Positions 20,901 to 29,832 of a stretch of DNA of 64,000 nucleotides are shown here, in pieces (within the stretch, counting starts at the first letter, position 1; every line of letters begins with the position of its first letter). Made by a program: the position numbers and the translations under genes. Origin of the DNA: Planctomycetota bacterium (GTDB lineage Bacteria > Planctomycetota > SZUA-567 > H5-PLA8); the NCBI GenBank assembly GCA_045863855.1, contig BTVV01000004.1, positions 32,001-96,000 on the forward strand. The letters run 5' to 3'. Under the pieces are notes generated by a model. The model saw nothing but the letters and a program-made list of their open reading frames with translations. It made no database searches and was not told the origin of the DNA.

Positions 20901-23900
20901 CTACTCCTGCCGCTGCAACATCGTCTCGCACCAGTTTGCGGCATCGAGCGCATTCCCGTCTCCTGAATCTTCCACCACTAGGCGCAATCGACGCGCTGCA
21001 TTGCAATCGACCGAGAACGCTTTGGCTTTGTCCAGGCCCGTCATCCGTCCCGAGGCCCAGACGCGCTTGCCGTCCAGGTAGATCTCGAACTGCACGCTGC
21101 CGCGCCCGCCCGTCACCGCATCGACACCGGCTCTACCGGTGAACCGAACGAAGCGACCCTCCAACGGATACTCCACCAGGCTGCGCGCCCAGACTCCCAA
21201 TCCCGTGTCGAACGCATCGGTATCGACTCTCAACGATCCGCCCGCCGCGTTTCGGCCCCAGCGAATCGGCATCGGTACGCTCTGATCGCCGTGCAACGGT
21301 CCTATCGCCGTCAGCGGAAGCACGTTTGCCGCGGTCGCGGCCACGCGCCAACCCACGCTGTTGCCAGCCTCGAGGTATTTAAAGCTCAACTTTGCCTTCG
21401 GCGAACCACTAATGGCATCGGCCGGAACCAGTAACGCAACTTCGCGCAGCCCGCTCGAAAGTTGCGTGTCCGACGCCTTCAAGTCCCATTCTCCGATCGG
21501 CTTCCCGTTCGCACGCACTTCCATCCGATGGCCGCTGCCTTCCAGAACGAAGGTCTTGCGCACCAACAGCGCTTGCCCTGCAGGAATTTCCACCGTCAGC
21601 GTCTCCGTGCCGCCGGCGTCAAACGCGAGGCCCTGTCCATCCACGGTAACCTTGCCCAGCGATTCGACACGTTTACGGTACGGCTGTCCGCCTTCCTGCG
21701 CGTAAGCTGAAGAACCGGACGCGGACCGCACTTCCAACAAGGCGCGCAGGAGCGGGGCCTTTTCGCCTGATTCCAGAATGGTGCTTCGATCCAGCGCGGC
21801 ATCGACCTCTGCAGCCGACCCCTTGAATCGGAAGTACGCAGGCGCGCTGCCGATCGCAAAGCCACCGGAACTTTTGGTGCGCCGTTCACCGAATAAGCCT
21901 TCCGCTTCAGCCGTCTCCAACCCCGCGGTGCCGAAATCGATCGTCCCGCCGCCGTCGATGCGCCAGATCGCCGCCACCGCCGAGCCTTGAGGATCCTTGA
22001 ACAGCATGCCTCGCGTCCGTCCGGGCAATGCCTCTTCAAAGGTCAGCTCGCGCACGAACTGCCATCGCTTCAAGCGTTCCCGCAAGCCGCAAACTGCCCA
22101 CCAAGATGGTTTCAGGCGATACGCGGAGGACGTCAATTTAAGCGGCGGAGCGCTGTAGCGCGTGCGCTCCATGAGGGCGGTTCCTTCACGTCCCTGAACG
22201 CCTGTCAGATCCAGCGTCGTTCGAGTGCCCAACGGATGCAGCAGCAACAACGCGCGGCTCAGACATGCGGCCTGACGAAATGCATCGGCTCCGCTCGCGC
22301 TTTCGTCCTGATCCCAATTCAAGTCTCCGATCAGGATCTGCTTGGGCCGCGGGCCGTACCGGTCCAGCAACGCTTGTAAGTGCGCGAGGGGCTGCGTGAG
22401 GTACGCGTCTTCGGCCGAGAGCCCGCCCATGTCCACGCGCAATTCGATTCCATCGAGCGCTTTCAATACGCCCGATTCCTCCAAGCTTTGAAGATACGCC
22501 AAGACCGTCGGTAAGCGCATGCCGCCGATATACAGTTTGGTTGCGGGCGCATACTCGTCGCGCCAGCGGATCGCCGAACCCACCATCTCGGCAAATCGCG
22601 GCGGAGCCACATACAGCGGCCCGGGATTATCCGGACCGTTCCAGATCAGCCAGCCGGGGAGGCCGGCGCCCATCCCACGCAATGTTTCGCAAACGTAGTG
22701 ATCCCAGTCCTCCTGGCGTTCGGGGGCCATGAAAATATTCACCGCGCCGCCGATGAAACGTTTGCGCCGCGAGAAGGCTCCCGCTTCGGCCTGCTCGAAC
22801 CCTGCCCCCGCCGCCCAATACGCGCTGAATCCCAGCAAGCCGTACGGCTCCAGTCCGCGACTCGTTGCGCGCCCAACCTTCTGCAAATAGCTCTGCAGTT
22901 GAAAATTTCCTTTATAGTGCTCGACCCAATCCCAATCTTCATCGACTCGTTCGAAGCGTTCATCCAGCGCTTTGCGTAGCGCGTTCAGATCCTTCAAGGC
23001 GGCGCCCGGATCGTCTCCAAGGGCGACTTTCAGATCGCCCACCACGAAACGCTGGGATGCTTCATCGGCTTTGGTTTCTCCGCGCAGCAACACGGCATGT
23101 GCCGCATAAGCGCCCGGCCCCAAGGTCTCGGCCAGCGTTACGCACCGGGACTCGCCCGGCGCCAGCGTCAGCCGCGCATCCTGCGATCCGACGGTCACGC
23201 CCAAACTGTCGACCCACTCAGCCTTCACCGTCGCCTCGGCCGAAGCCGATCGATCCAGGTTCTCGACGCTCAACACCAGCCGACCGTCCGGTGAAAATCC
23301 GTTTACCGCGCCGGCATCGAGTTGCAACGAGAGCCGCTCGCCGAGCGGAAGATGTGTCTGAACGCGAACATCGTCGATGAATATCCGGCCGGATGACATT
23401 TCGGAACCGCGCGGATCGAAGCCCAGGTGCAAGCCGACGGGGAACAGCGGCAGGAACGCGGCATTTTCCAGTGCCCGGTCGTCCGCTTCCCCCAAGAGAG
23501 GCAGATCGAAGGACACCTGCTTCCAGCCAGTCCAGTCGACGCGGTACGCGTTCTGCCAGTTCGAATCCACGGCGCGAGCAAGCAGGAAACTCGCTTCCAG
23601 TTGGAATCGCGTCGCTCCCGGTTCGAACCCTTGCAGCGCATAAAGCCAGCCGCCAGAACCGTCGCCATGCACCCAAAGGGAGACTCGGGTGGGCTTCCCA
23701 GGAAGCGCGCGGTCGATGTGAACTTCAAGCGGTTTCTTCTTTTCGTCAAAGCTCAAGACCAGCGCGCGCTTGCCCTGCTTGGCTTGTTCGCTCGACGAAG
23801 CCAAAGGCTCAGAGCCGAAATAGGGCCGGTCTTCTTCGAAGTCCGCGACGCACGCTTCGCTGTCGGGCTTGGCGAGGACCAGCACGCGCTTGGCTTGTAC

Positions 23901-25745
23901 CGAGGCGTCGGCCGTGTCGTGCACTTGCAACACCAACTGCAGCGGCCCAGGCACTTGCTCCCATTTGCCAGCAATCGATTTCAAATCGATCGCGCGGGAA
24001 TCGGACGCGCCAGCGGCCAAGGTAACGGCGTATCGCCCCACGCCCAGTTCTTCACCGGCTCCGTCGCGCACCGACCACACAACCTGGACATTCCGTGAGC
24101 CGGTCGTCCAACCGTTATGCACGGTCGCCCACGCATTCGCAGCGGGTGCGAACGCATGTGCGGGCGCGTCGTAGCCCAGAAAGGCGCGCAGGCAATCGGC
24201 CTGCGCGAGTTGCGTCGTCACATACGCCGGCCCGATCAACACGCGCCCTTTCACGGAGCCCTGTCCGTCCACGCGCAGCGCCGTCCATTCGAGCGGGTAA
24301 TCGACGCCGCCCGTCGACCCCTCGGGCGAATTACCGCCCAAGCCGTTGCCCGGAAGCGCCACCTCCACATACTTCCAACCTGTGAAGTCGAGCTTGGCGA
24401 GTTCCAATTCTCCGTTCACCATGCGCTGCCAGATCTGGTTGTACGGTCCGATGCTGTTGGTGTGGTCCAGGATCAGGACAGAGAGCTTCGCGCCGCTGCC
24501 GTCGCCGTGAACCCAAAGACCCAGCCGATAGGCGTTGCCCGGCAGGTAACGATCCACACCGGTGAATGCGACAGCCTCGCCGTCAAAATCGATCGCCATC
24601 GCGTAACGAGCCTGAGGCGGCGCGCCTTCGTCGCCTGCCGGAACTTCGACGCGCGATAGCTTCGTCACCGTCTGAACATCGCGGGAGACGCGCTGTCGCT
24701 CCATCAGCACTTGTTCGATCCAGCCGCGGGTATTCTTGAATGCGGGCTGGCCTACGCCCGACGTCAGCCAGCGCCCTTCCACGTCGGAGAAGTCGTCGAG
24801 CAGCCATTTCGTATTCCCGACCACCAGCGGTTCATCGAGGCGCCGCTCGATCTCCTCGAAGTCCGGCGAGAGCACGTCGCCCGTCAGTCGGAAGGGCGGC
24901 AGGTACGCGCCCGGTTGTTCCGCACGCAGCACACATACGTGTTCCGCCAGCGGACCCGCGGGAACTGGAACGCTAAACTGCTGGCTCGCGACCTGCGCCT
25001 CGTTGCGGTCCAGCACCTTCAACCTGAGCTGAACCTGCGCCGCACTCTTCGAAAAATTGCGCACGTCTACTGCCACTTTGAACTCTTTTTCAAGTCCGCG
25101 CACTCGCGGTCCCAGCAGAGCCGCGGCCAGCGTTACACGAGGCTTATTGGTGAGCGGATAAAGTCGCAGATCGTCCAAGCCCACCTCGCCCTCAAGCACC
25201 GGTGGCTCGCCGTCCTTGGCCTTCCCCGCTCCCAACCCCACTCCCGCCCACCAGCCGAGGTGCCCGTCATCGAGATCCGGAAGCGTCACAGAAAACTCAC
25301 GCCAGCCGGTAAAGTCCAGTTTCACGCCCAGCGACGGAAGATTCTTCCTCTCCTGAAAGCCACCATCCTTGGGTCGGCCGCTTTGAAATCGAAGTTCGAG
25401 GCCATGCCCGTTTCCACTACCTTTAATCCAAACTTTGAGCGTTCCGCCTTGCTTGAACGAAATGCGTCCGTCTTGAAACTGGTAGTTCACATGCGGCTGC
25501 TTCGGATCGAAGCGGTACTTGAGCCGGCCCGCAGCGAGCCCCACCTTGGGCTCCTGTTCGTCGGTATGAATGCCTCCGCCCTGCTGAAAAGCCAACGGTT
25601 CGGTAAAGTTCGCGAGCAGAAAATGCGGCGGCTCGGCGGCGGATTCCACGGCGCGCAGCACAGAGCCGGTTCCGCTCGCCAGCACGAGCGCGAAACCCAA
25701 GCGCAATAACCCGCGGTAAGCCCGCATGGCGTTCTCCGGATTCAT
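20901..25745 (-). CDS. Large secreted protein (1614 aa): three galactose-binding/CBM-like repeats, GH-A clan-like barrel, C-terminal NPCBM/NEW2 domain
   Basis: Signal peptide; three copies of W(V/I)xG(D/S)G(S/N)G...D(F/W)TGW(K/R)...LP; WDWVEHYKGNF...WLIWNGP; C-terminal GLGVWARSLVEYPL..RFVRFTGRAGVD...GSVQFEIYLDGK...LRLVVEDSGDGNALDAANW (NPCBM). Confidence 0.8.
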   Translation of the reverse strand: MNPENAMRAYRGLLRLGFALVLASGTGSVLRAVESAAEPPHFLLANFTEPLAFQQGGGIHTDEQEPKVGLAAGRLKYRFDPKQPHVNYQFQDGRISFKQGGTLKVWIKGSGNGHGLELRFQSGRPKDGGFQERKNLPSLGVKLDFTGWREFSVTLPDLDDGHLGWWAGVGLGAGKAKDGEPPVLEGEVGLDDLRLYPLTNKPRVTLAAALLGPRVRGLEKEFKVAVDVRNFSKSAAQVQLRLKVLDRNEAQVASQQFSVPVPAGPLAEHVCVLRAEQPGAYLPPFRLTGDVLSPDFEEIERRLDEPLVVGNTKWLLDDFSDVEGRWLTSGVGQPAFKNTRGWIEQVLMERQRVSRDVQTVTKLSRVEVPAGDEGAPPQARYAMAIDFDGEAVAFTGVDRYLPGNAYRLGLWVHGDGSGAKLSVLILDHTNSIGPYNQIWQRMVNGELELAKLDFTGWKYVEVALPGNGLGGNSPEGSTGGVDYPLEWTALRVDGQGSVKGRVLIGPAYVTTQLAQADCLRAFLGYDAPAHAFAPAANAWATVHNGWTTGSRNVQVVWSVRDGAGEELGVGRYAVTLAAGASDSRAIDLKSIAGKWEQVPGPLQLVLQVHDTADASVQAKRVLVLAKPDSEACVADFEEDRPYFGSEPLASSSEQAKQGKRALVLSFDEKKKPLEVHIDRALPGKPTRVSLWVHGDGSGGWLYALQGFEPGATRFQLEASFLLARAVDSNWQNAYRVDWTGWKQVSFDLPLLGEADDRALENAAFLPLFPVGLHLGFDPRGSEMSSGRIFIDDVRVQTHLPLGERLSLQLDAGAVNGFSPDGRLVLSVENLDRSASAEATVKAEWVDSLGVTVGSQDARLTLAPGESRCVTLAETLGPGAYAAHAVLLRGETKADEASQRFVVGDLKVALGDDPGAALKDLNALRKALDERFERVDEDWDWVEHYKGNFQLQSYLQKVGRATSRGLEPYGLLGFSAYWAAGAGFEQAEAGAFSRRKRFIGGAVNIFMAPERQEDWDHYVCETLRGMGAGLPGWLIWNGPDNPGPLYVAPPRFAEMVGSAIRWRDEYAPATKLYIGGMRLPTVLAYLQSLEESGVLKALDGIELRVDMGGLSAEDAYLTQPLAHLQALLDRYGPRPKQILIGDLNWDQDESASGADAFRQAACLSRALLLLHPLGTRTTLDLTGVQGREGTALMERTRYSAPPLKLTSSAYRLKPSWWAVCGLRERLKRWQFVRELTFEEALPGRTRGMLFKDPQGSAVAAIWRIDGGGTIDFGTAGLETAEAEGLFGERRTKSSGGFAIGSAPAYFRFKGSAAEVDAALDRSTILESGEKAPLLRALLEVRSASGSSAYAQEGGQPYRKRVESLGKVTVDGQGLAFDAGGTETLTVEIPAGQALLVRKTFVLEGSGHRMEVRANGKPIGEWDLKASDTQLSSGLREVALLVPADAISGSPKAKLSFKYLEAGNSVGWRVAATAANVLPLTAIGPLHGDQSVPMPIRWGRNAAGGSLRVDTDAFDTGLGVWARSLVEYPLEGRFVRFTGRAGVDAVTGGRGSVQFEIYLDGKRVWASGRMTGLDKAKAFSVDCNAARRLRLVVEDSGDGNALDAANWCETMLQRQE

Positions 25746-27571
25746 TTCTGACCGGCGCGAGAAAGCGCATCGAAGTAACGACTGGTCGCATCTTCGTGCC
25801 GCGCCGGCGCTGCCGCCGCCGCCGCGCCGCCTTCGGCTTTCAATTCGGCTCGCACCACTTTCATCTCGGGTTCGTTGCGCACATTCTTGGGTGGCGTGAC
25901 GAGCAAGTCTTTCGCGCGCTCCAGCCGCTGCAGCTTTTCCAAACCCAGCGCGCCGTCCAGCCCGCCAAGTGCAAAGCCCTTGTCCACGAAACCCGATAGA
26001 TCGGGGCGCACCACCACGAGTTCGATCTGCTCCGAGCGCCCCACGCCGGGGCCAGTTTCGGTATTGTTATCTGTTGCGAACAGTTCCAACCGCACGCGAT
26101 CGCCGGACTCCAACGGCGGTTGCAGTTCCTTGAAGACCTCCTTGAATACGCCATGCACCCGGTCGCGCACCGGATCGATCACGCGCGTAGCCGAACCTTC
26201 GCGGGGCTTTCGGTCCAGGAACTCGTCAACCGTATCGATTTTATAGCTCAATCGCACTTCGGTGACGCCGAAATCGTCCTCGGCTTTCCAGCCAAATCCG
26301 AAAGCCGCGGCTTGGTCCGCCAACAACAGGATTTTCTTCTGCTTCAGCTCGATGCGCGCGCTGGGCGGCCGGTCTGAAAGCAGTTCGATATCGAACGCGA
26401 CCGGATGGGGCATCTCGAATCCCTTGCCGTACTCGCCGGTCAGGTGGATCGCCACGCGTCCGGGCTCCTGCAGCCGGAACGTGAAATGCCCGAATCGTCC
26501 GCTGATCTGCAATGCCTGGCGCGTGCCGTCCTGCCAGGCGACCTGCGAGCGCTCGCCGTGAAGGTTTGTGTTCGCCTTGAAGCTCACCAATACCTCCGTG
26601 CCGGGAAGCCCCGCGAGTTTCGGCACAAGCCCGGTGAGCGTGTAATTCGGGGCGCCGGTGTACGGCGGAGGCGTGATCTCGAAGTGGATCGCTTCAACCA
26701 CCGGAAGATCGCCCACTTTGACTTCAAAACTCGAAGCCGTCCGTTCGCCGTACACGAAAACGTATCGGAACGCCGCCTGCGCGTTCTCGACGACGAACGT
26801 CGCTCGCCCGTCCACCAGCGTCAGCGCATGGGTTTGCCGTTCGCTGCTGGCCGCATCCTCCAGCATGATCTCGGCTTCTCGGCGCATGGCGCCTCGTACA
26901 TTCAATTCGAGCCGCACCGAAGAACCGCGCACCACCGCGATATCGCCGGGTAGCACTTCCAGCTCTACGGGAAAGAGCGTCTCCCACGCCACGGCATACG
27001 CATCATGCAGGCGAGCCATGCGTTGCTGGAGCACCTGCGGCGCGCCAAAGGCCAGTGCGGCCCAAGCGAGCACCACCGCCAGAGCCAGGCCCAGTGCGCG
27101 CCGCGCGTCACGCAGATCGAGCAGACTTTCTAGACGCAGGCTCTCCAGTCCTGCCGCAGCCTGATCGACCAGCCGCTCCACGAAGCGCCGCGTATCGGGA
27201 TGCCCGGATCCGGCCGCCAAATCCCGGCCCAATTGCAGTGAACCGATCAGTCGGTTGTCCAGCGATCCGTGAAGCCGCTCAGCCGCTCGCGCTTCGGACT
27301 CCAGATCCATGCGCATCCGGACCAGCGGCGCGAGCAGCACGACCGACTTCCACGCGCTCCAGCCCGCAGCGAGAACGAACGTGATCAGAAGCGGCCACGC
27401 CGGCAGACCGGCCGCCGCATCCAGCAGCACCCAGCCCAGCAGCATGCCTGGCACGCTGAGGATAAAGCGGCCCATCCCGTGCAACCGGCGCCAGCGCAAC
27501 CGGAAGCGCCCGAAGCGGGCGAGCGCATCTTTCAAGCGCTCGTAGGCTTGAACGGTCGTCGCCGCGCTCAT
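25742..27571 (-). CDS. DUF4175-like membrane-anchored protein with Ig-like domains
   Basis: Three N-terminal TM segments, LDNRLIGSLQL, ITPPPYTG, DRPPSARI, AEDDFGV, ATDNNTETGPGVGRS; ATGA overlaps on both sides. Confidence 0.75.
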   Translation of the reverse strand: MSAATTVQAYERLKDALARFGRFRLRWRRLHGMGRFILSVPGMLLGWVLLDAAAGLPAWPLLITFVLAAGWSAWKSVVLLAPLVRMRMDLESEARAAERLHGSLDNRLIGSLQLGRDLAAGSGHPDTRRFVERLVDQAAAGLESLRLESLLDLRDARRALGLALAVVLAWAALAFGAPQVLQQRMARLHDAYAVAWETLFPVELEVLPGDIAVVRGSSVRLELNVRGAMRREAEIMLEDAASSERQTHALTLVDGRATFVVENAQAAFRYVFVYGERTASSFEVKVGDLPVVEAIHFEITPPPYTGAPNYTLTGLVPKLAGLPGTEVLVSFKANTNLHGERSQVAWQDGTRQALQISGRFGHFTFRLQEPGRVAIHLTGEYGKGFEMPHPVAFDIELLSDRPPSARIELKQKKILLLADQAAAFGFGWKAEDDFGVTEVRLSYKIDTVDEFLDRKPREGSATRVIDPVRDRVHGVFKEVFKELQPPLESGDRVRLELFATDNNTETGPGVGRSEQIELVVVRPDLSGFVDKGFALGGLDGALGLEKLQRLERAKDLLVTPPKNVRNEPEMKVVRAELKAEGGAAAAAAPARHEDATSRYFDALSRAGQK

Positions 27572-29832
27572 GCCATCCCGCTCCGTTTGCGTAACCAGCA
27601 GTCCAACGTCACGATTCCAAGCAGCAGGAACAAGACCAGCGGCAGGTTCCAGACCGCCACCGCTTGCGTGCGTTCGGTGACCCGAGCTTTCTCATCCAGC
27701 TTGGCAAACAGTGACTCGACCGCCCGCGCCGGATCCAGCACCTCGCCCCCGGTCGCTAGTGCAAAGCGTTCCAGCGCCGCGCGGTCAGCCGACGTGTGGT
27801 CGAACTCCTGCCCCGTGCCGCCGGCATGCACCGTCTTCACGGCCTCCTGCCCGTCGTAGATGCTGCGGACTTCCCATGTGCCAGGCTCGTCGAGCCGCAC
27901 GTCGTACTCGTACAGGCCTGGCGCTTCGCGGCCGTCGGCGGGAAAGATGGTCCATGCGCGTCCCGAGGGGCTCTTGACCTCCACACGCAGATTGGCCTGG
28001 CGCACGGGCAGGTAGAGCTTGTCGACCAGCCGCGTGCTCAGCGCCAGTGTCTCGCCCACGGCCGCTGAATCGCGCGTGGCTTGAATCTGCGGCCGGCCAG
28101 GTCGCACGCGCGGGTCGGGCGCCAACGCACGCACCGCATTACCCCAAAAGATGCGGTAATAATCCTTCCCTTGCTCCGGGCGCTGCATTTCCCAATTCCA
28201 GGTCGTATCGACGGCCATCGAAAAAACCTGGCCTTTGCCGGCATGCTGGGCTGCCATGAGCGGAAGGGTCTCGTTCGATAGCGGCCGCGTGGCCAGAAGC
28301 ATCGCGCCGGGCTTGACGCCGCCCACTCGATTGCAGCCTTCGAGCGGCGGCAAGTCGTCCCACGCTTCGCGATTGGCTTCGGGATCCGCCTCCAGCCGCA
28401 TGAGCGGATGACTCAAGCCCAGGGGTGTGGCAACCAGTTGAAATTCCTTGGGCTCCTGAGCCTTAGGAGTTGTCTGCAACGTAAAGGGCAGGACCTGCGC
28501 CAGCGGCGAATCTTCGTAGCCACCGGCCTCGTAGACGCTGCGCCCGCCCAGCGTGATCAATCCGCCCCCGCGCCTGCGCACGAAGTCGGCCAACCAGCGC
28601 ATTTTGGTCTCGGCCAAGTCCCCGTTTTGTCGAAAATACGAACGCGGAATGTCGCCAAGAACGATCACGTCGTAGGCATACAAGTCGGCTTCTTCGGCGG
28701 GCAACCCGGCGCTAACATCCTTATGCTTCAAGGCGCCCTGCGCGTACCAACCACCGCTGGGGAGCATCGTCAGCATGGCCAGATCCACCACCGGATCGCG
28801 CGCCAGCCAATGCCCTAGAATCTTGCGTTCGTCGCGCGGGATATCGAGGTAGAGCACCTTGATCTTCTCGTCGAGCACCTGGACGCGATGTACGCTCACC
28901 AGCAACCGCTCGGCGGCCGATTCCTTCAGCCCTTCGGCCTCGATCCGGTACATCGCCAGACCCGCGCGAGTCGGTACCAGCGCGAAATTGACGTCCAACG
29001 GAGTTTCGCCCAAGCGCAGCGGCCCGCGAATCTCAAGCGGTTCTTCCTTGCCGGCTTCGAAGAGCTTGAAGCGAACTTGCTGCTCTTCCTTCCGGCCGCC
29101 TTCCAGCCGCGCCGCCAGCGTTAGCGTATCGCCCAGCCGAACGAACGGGACGGCGAGCACATCCTTCAGTCGCGGGACGGGCACCTCTTCCGTGCTCCCC
29201 AAGCAGACGGGGTAGACCGGAAGGCCGCGCGCCGCAAACTTAGGAGCCACGAAACCACCGGTGTTCCGCGTGGTATCGCGCCCGTCGGTAAGTACCACAA
29301 CACCCTGTACATCCTGTTCCCGAGCCAACGTCTCCTCGAGGGCCTCGAACAAGCGCGTCTGCTCTCGGAGGTCCGAGGCTTCGTCGTTCGCGGCAAGTTC
29401 GCGCCCGAAACAGTAAGGTGCGATCTCCACTCGGCCGGCCAGGCGCTCGGCCAACTCCGTGCGCAAGCGTTCCGCCGCGGCTCGGCGCGTGGATCCTGCC
29501 GCATCGGCGATCTGCATGGAATCGGAAACGTCCAAGAGCACCGCAAGGCGCGGCGGCGCGGAATGTACATAAGTGACGCGCGCTTCCAACTGCACCAGCA
29601 GGGCCAGAATCAATGCGCAACCCGCGAGACGCAGCAACGAAGTGTACACGCGCAACCGGGTCGGCATCGTATTCGACGGCAGCCAGCTCAAACCGGCCAG
29701 CGCCAGAAACCCCAGGCCCGCCGCCACCCACGCCCACACGGGCCACGGCGCCGCGGCGTACCAGTCCCAGTTCGCCAGCCGTTCGACGGCATGCGGTCGG
29801 TCCAGGCCGAGGAGATCGTACAGCCAGCCCAT
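27568..29832 (-). CDS. Membrane protein with VWA domain and glutamine-amidotransferase-like domain
   Basis: N-terminal TM helices, MIDAS LLDVSDSM...LTDG, YDVIVLGD...FVRRRGGGLITLGG...GKGQV...DTTWNW...FWGNAVR, C-terminal TM with WLRKRSGMA. Confidence 0.85.
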   Translation of the reverse strand: MGWLYDLLGLDRPHAVERLANWDWYAAAPWPVWAWVAAGLGFLALAGLSWLPSNTMPTRLRVYTSLLRLAGCALILALLVQLEARVTYVHSAPPRLAVLLDVSDSMQIADAAGSTRRAAAERLRTELAERLAGRVEIAPYCFGRELAANDEASDLREQTRLFEALEETLAREQDVQGVVVLTDGRDTTRNTGGFVAPKFAARGLPVYPVCLGSTEEVPVPRLKDVLAVPFVRLGDTLTLAARLEGGRKEEQQVRFKLFEAGKEEPLEIRGPLRLGETPLDVNFALVPTRAGLAMYRIEAEGLKESAAERLLVSVHRVQVLDEKIKVLYLDIPRDERKILGHWLARDPVVDLAMLTMLPSGGWYAQGALKHKDVSAGLPAEEADLYAYDVIVLGDIPRSYFRQNGDLAETKMRWLADFVRRRGGGLITLGGRSVYEAGGYEDSPLAQVLPFTLQTTPKAQEPKEFQLVATPLGLSHPLMRLEADPEANREAWDDLPPLEGCNRVGGVKPGAMLLATRPLSNETLPLMAAQHAGKGQVFSMAVDTTWNWEMQRPEQGKDYYRIFWGNAVRALAPDPRVRPGRPQIQATRDSAAVGETLALSTRLVDKLYLPVRQANLRVEVKSPSGRAWTIFPADGREAPGLYEYDVRLDEPGTWEVRSIYDGQEAVKTVHAGGTGQEFDHTSADRAALERFALATGGEVLDPARAVESLFAKLDEKARVTERTQAVAVWNLPLVLFLLLGIVTLDCWLRKRSGMA

